DNA of 64,000 bases from Convolutriloba macropyga (lineage: Eukaryota): assembly GCF_964194025.1 (NCBI RefSeq), contig NC_134477.1:55614001-55678000 (forward strand), written 5' to 3'. Shown here piece after piece: positions 62,334 through 64,000 of this stretch (positions are counted from its first letter, which is position 1; the number at the start of each line of letters is the position of its first letter). Position numbers and translations under genes: made by a program. The notes under the pieces were generated by a model that saw only the letters and a list, made by a program, of their open reading frames with translations, did no database searches and was not told the origin of the DNA.

Positions 62334-64000
62334 ATTTAATGTTGTCTCTACCTCATCTTAAAACATCTATGATAAATTGTGAAATTTTGAATTTAGTTTT
62401 CAGTAAAAATTTTGTAAAGTTTGATTTGATTTAGCAGATTTTATGCTGTTTGACATCACTTTTGCGTAATTTTGAGCTTTTTATTGTATTTTAATGCTAA
62501 AAACTTGCACGACATATTAAACTGTTCACTCTGACAAAACTTCTATAGTACTAGTCACCTTTTCTTTCGTTGATCACTTTTAATTGTTTTTATACTGTTT
62601 TTTTGCATATTTGCTAAATGTGTAACCTGTGTGTGCCTTTGCCTTGCTTCAACTCATTTGATTTTTTAATCTGGTATTTTCAACAAATCAGAATCAAGTT
62701 TGTGATCAAAACCTAGCTTGAAAAGCAAAAAGGAGGCTAAATTGTACAAAAATCTCAAAAATTTTTCAAAAAATAACCCTGATTCTATACTTAATCTTAA
62801 AACATGTCGACGGCTATAACTAACCTTAATACATGTTGAAGGCTATAACTATTCTTAATACATGTCGACGACTATAACTAATCTTAATACATGGTGCAGG
62901 CTATACCTAATCTTATTACATTGAGATTCTATTCCTAATCTTTATACATGCAGCCTATACATAATCTTGATACATTAAGACCGCTATACCTAATCTTAAT
63001 ACTTGCAATTTCATTCCCTATCTTAATACATTAGGAAGGACCCAAATCCTAAAAAAAGACGCTATAACTTATCTTATTACAAGGGTTTCCTCACCCCCCG
63101 CGGAGTTTCGCTCACCTATATACTACTCAGTGACAACTTTTAAGACTCCAATGTTGACGATTCAAAAATACCCGGGTTTAGATCACCAGAAATGTCATAA
63201 CTTTTTGAAAAAATTCCATTTCACGCCAAAGTTTTGCAAAAATTCAATTAAAAAACGTTTTAAAACCTAAATTCATAGCATAGTCGTTCCCCACCGATGT
63301 TTAATAAGTAGGCCAAGCAAAAAAAATTGCTCGAATATGAATAAAAATTTAGAATTTCACATGTACCACCTGTATTGTCGCCGAAAAATGACCAAAATTA
63401 GGACAAAATTGCAAACAAAAATTAGTATCAAATACACTTCCAAACCAGCTCAAATCACTCAATAGCTACTAGCAACCAGGGCAAATGTCTAGAACCATTA
63501 TAACCAGTTTACAACCATTATTTCACAAGTAAAGTAAAGTTATTGCTCAAAATGGAAAAAAGTCAACTACTATACATGTTCTCTTACAAATATGTCATTA
63601 TACACCTATACTACTTCATGAAAACAATACCACATGCTCACATGAAACACAGCTAATAGTTTCACCAGCAAACACTAAACATAATTGTCTGAGTTAAAAG
63701 ATATCAATGCATAACTCACCTATGAATAACAATATACTACATGATGATAAGAATTGCACCGACAATAGTCAATTCTCATCGGCGCTATCCTTTCCTACAG
63801 CACCATAGATTTCCGCTCATTTTATACTCAAAAGGCAGACAAATTCCCAAAGCTAGTGAAAAAAAATGAAAAGGTAAACTCAAGAGCTCGTGCTAAAAGT
63901 GCTGAAAATCGTTTTATTAGACAACTTCCTTTCTCCCCGAAGAGAACCTTACGAGACAAAATGAAGGATATTAAAAGAAAGAAGCTCCTGGTCTTGATAA

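Larger units (their letters stand above)
38109..63127. mobile_element. Non-autonomous Polinton/Maverick-like element with a whole-length inverted (snap-back) structure
   Basis: The right end reads 5'-AGTAGTATATAGG on the minus strand. CAGTGA occurs at 38103-38108 and 63128-63133. The arms are mirrored around ~57480. An integrase remnant is present. Confidence 0.7.

Overview
AT-rich, repeat-saturated eukaryotic (animal-like) DNA. I recognise no intact host gene. From left to right: a foldback-type element with ~32-bp and ~146-bp subrepeats and a tRNA-like Pol III promoter (1.9-3.9 kb); decayed env-bearing Ty3/Gypsy remnants (4-10 kb, minus strand); CRE-like non-LTR fragments; a ~2-kb macrosatellite (10.7-18.2 kb); a duplication flanking an N gap; and a decayed plus-strand Gypsy element whose pol region ends in a TARG1/OARD1-type macrodomain (29.4-36.1 kb). 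The main structure is a ~25-kb near-whole-element palindrome (38.1-63.1 kb, axis ~57480). It has a Polinton/Maverick-type AGTAGT right terminus, a candidate 6-bp TSD, ~29-bp subterminal repeats, initiator tRNA-Met copies in both arms and a decayed Polinton-like integrase. I found no polB or capsid gene in it. It looks like a snap-back defective Polinton, and a full-length decayed Gypsy is nested inside it, splitting an otherwise open 239-aa ORF. All calls come from reading motifs by eye, and all identity figures are estimates.
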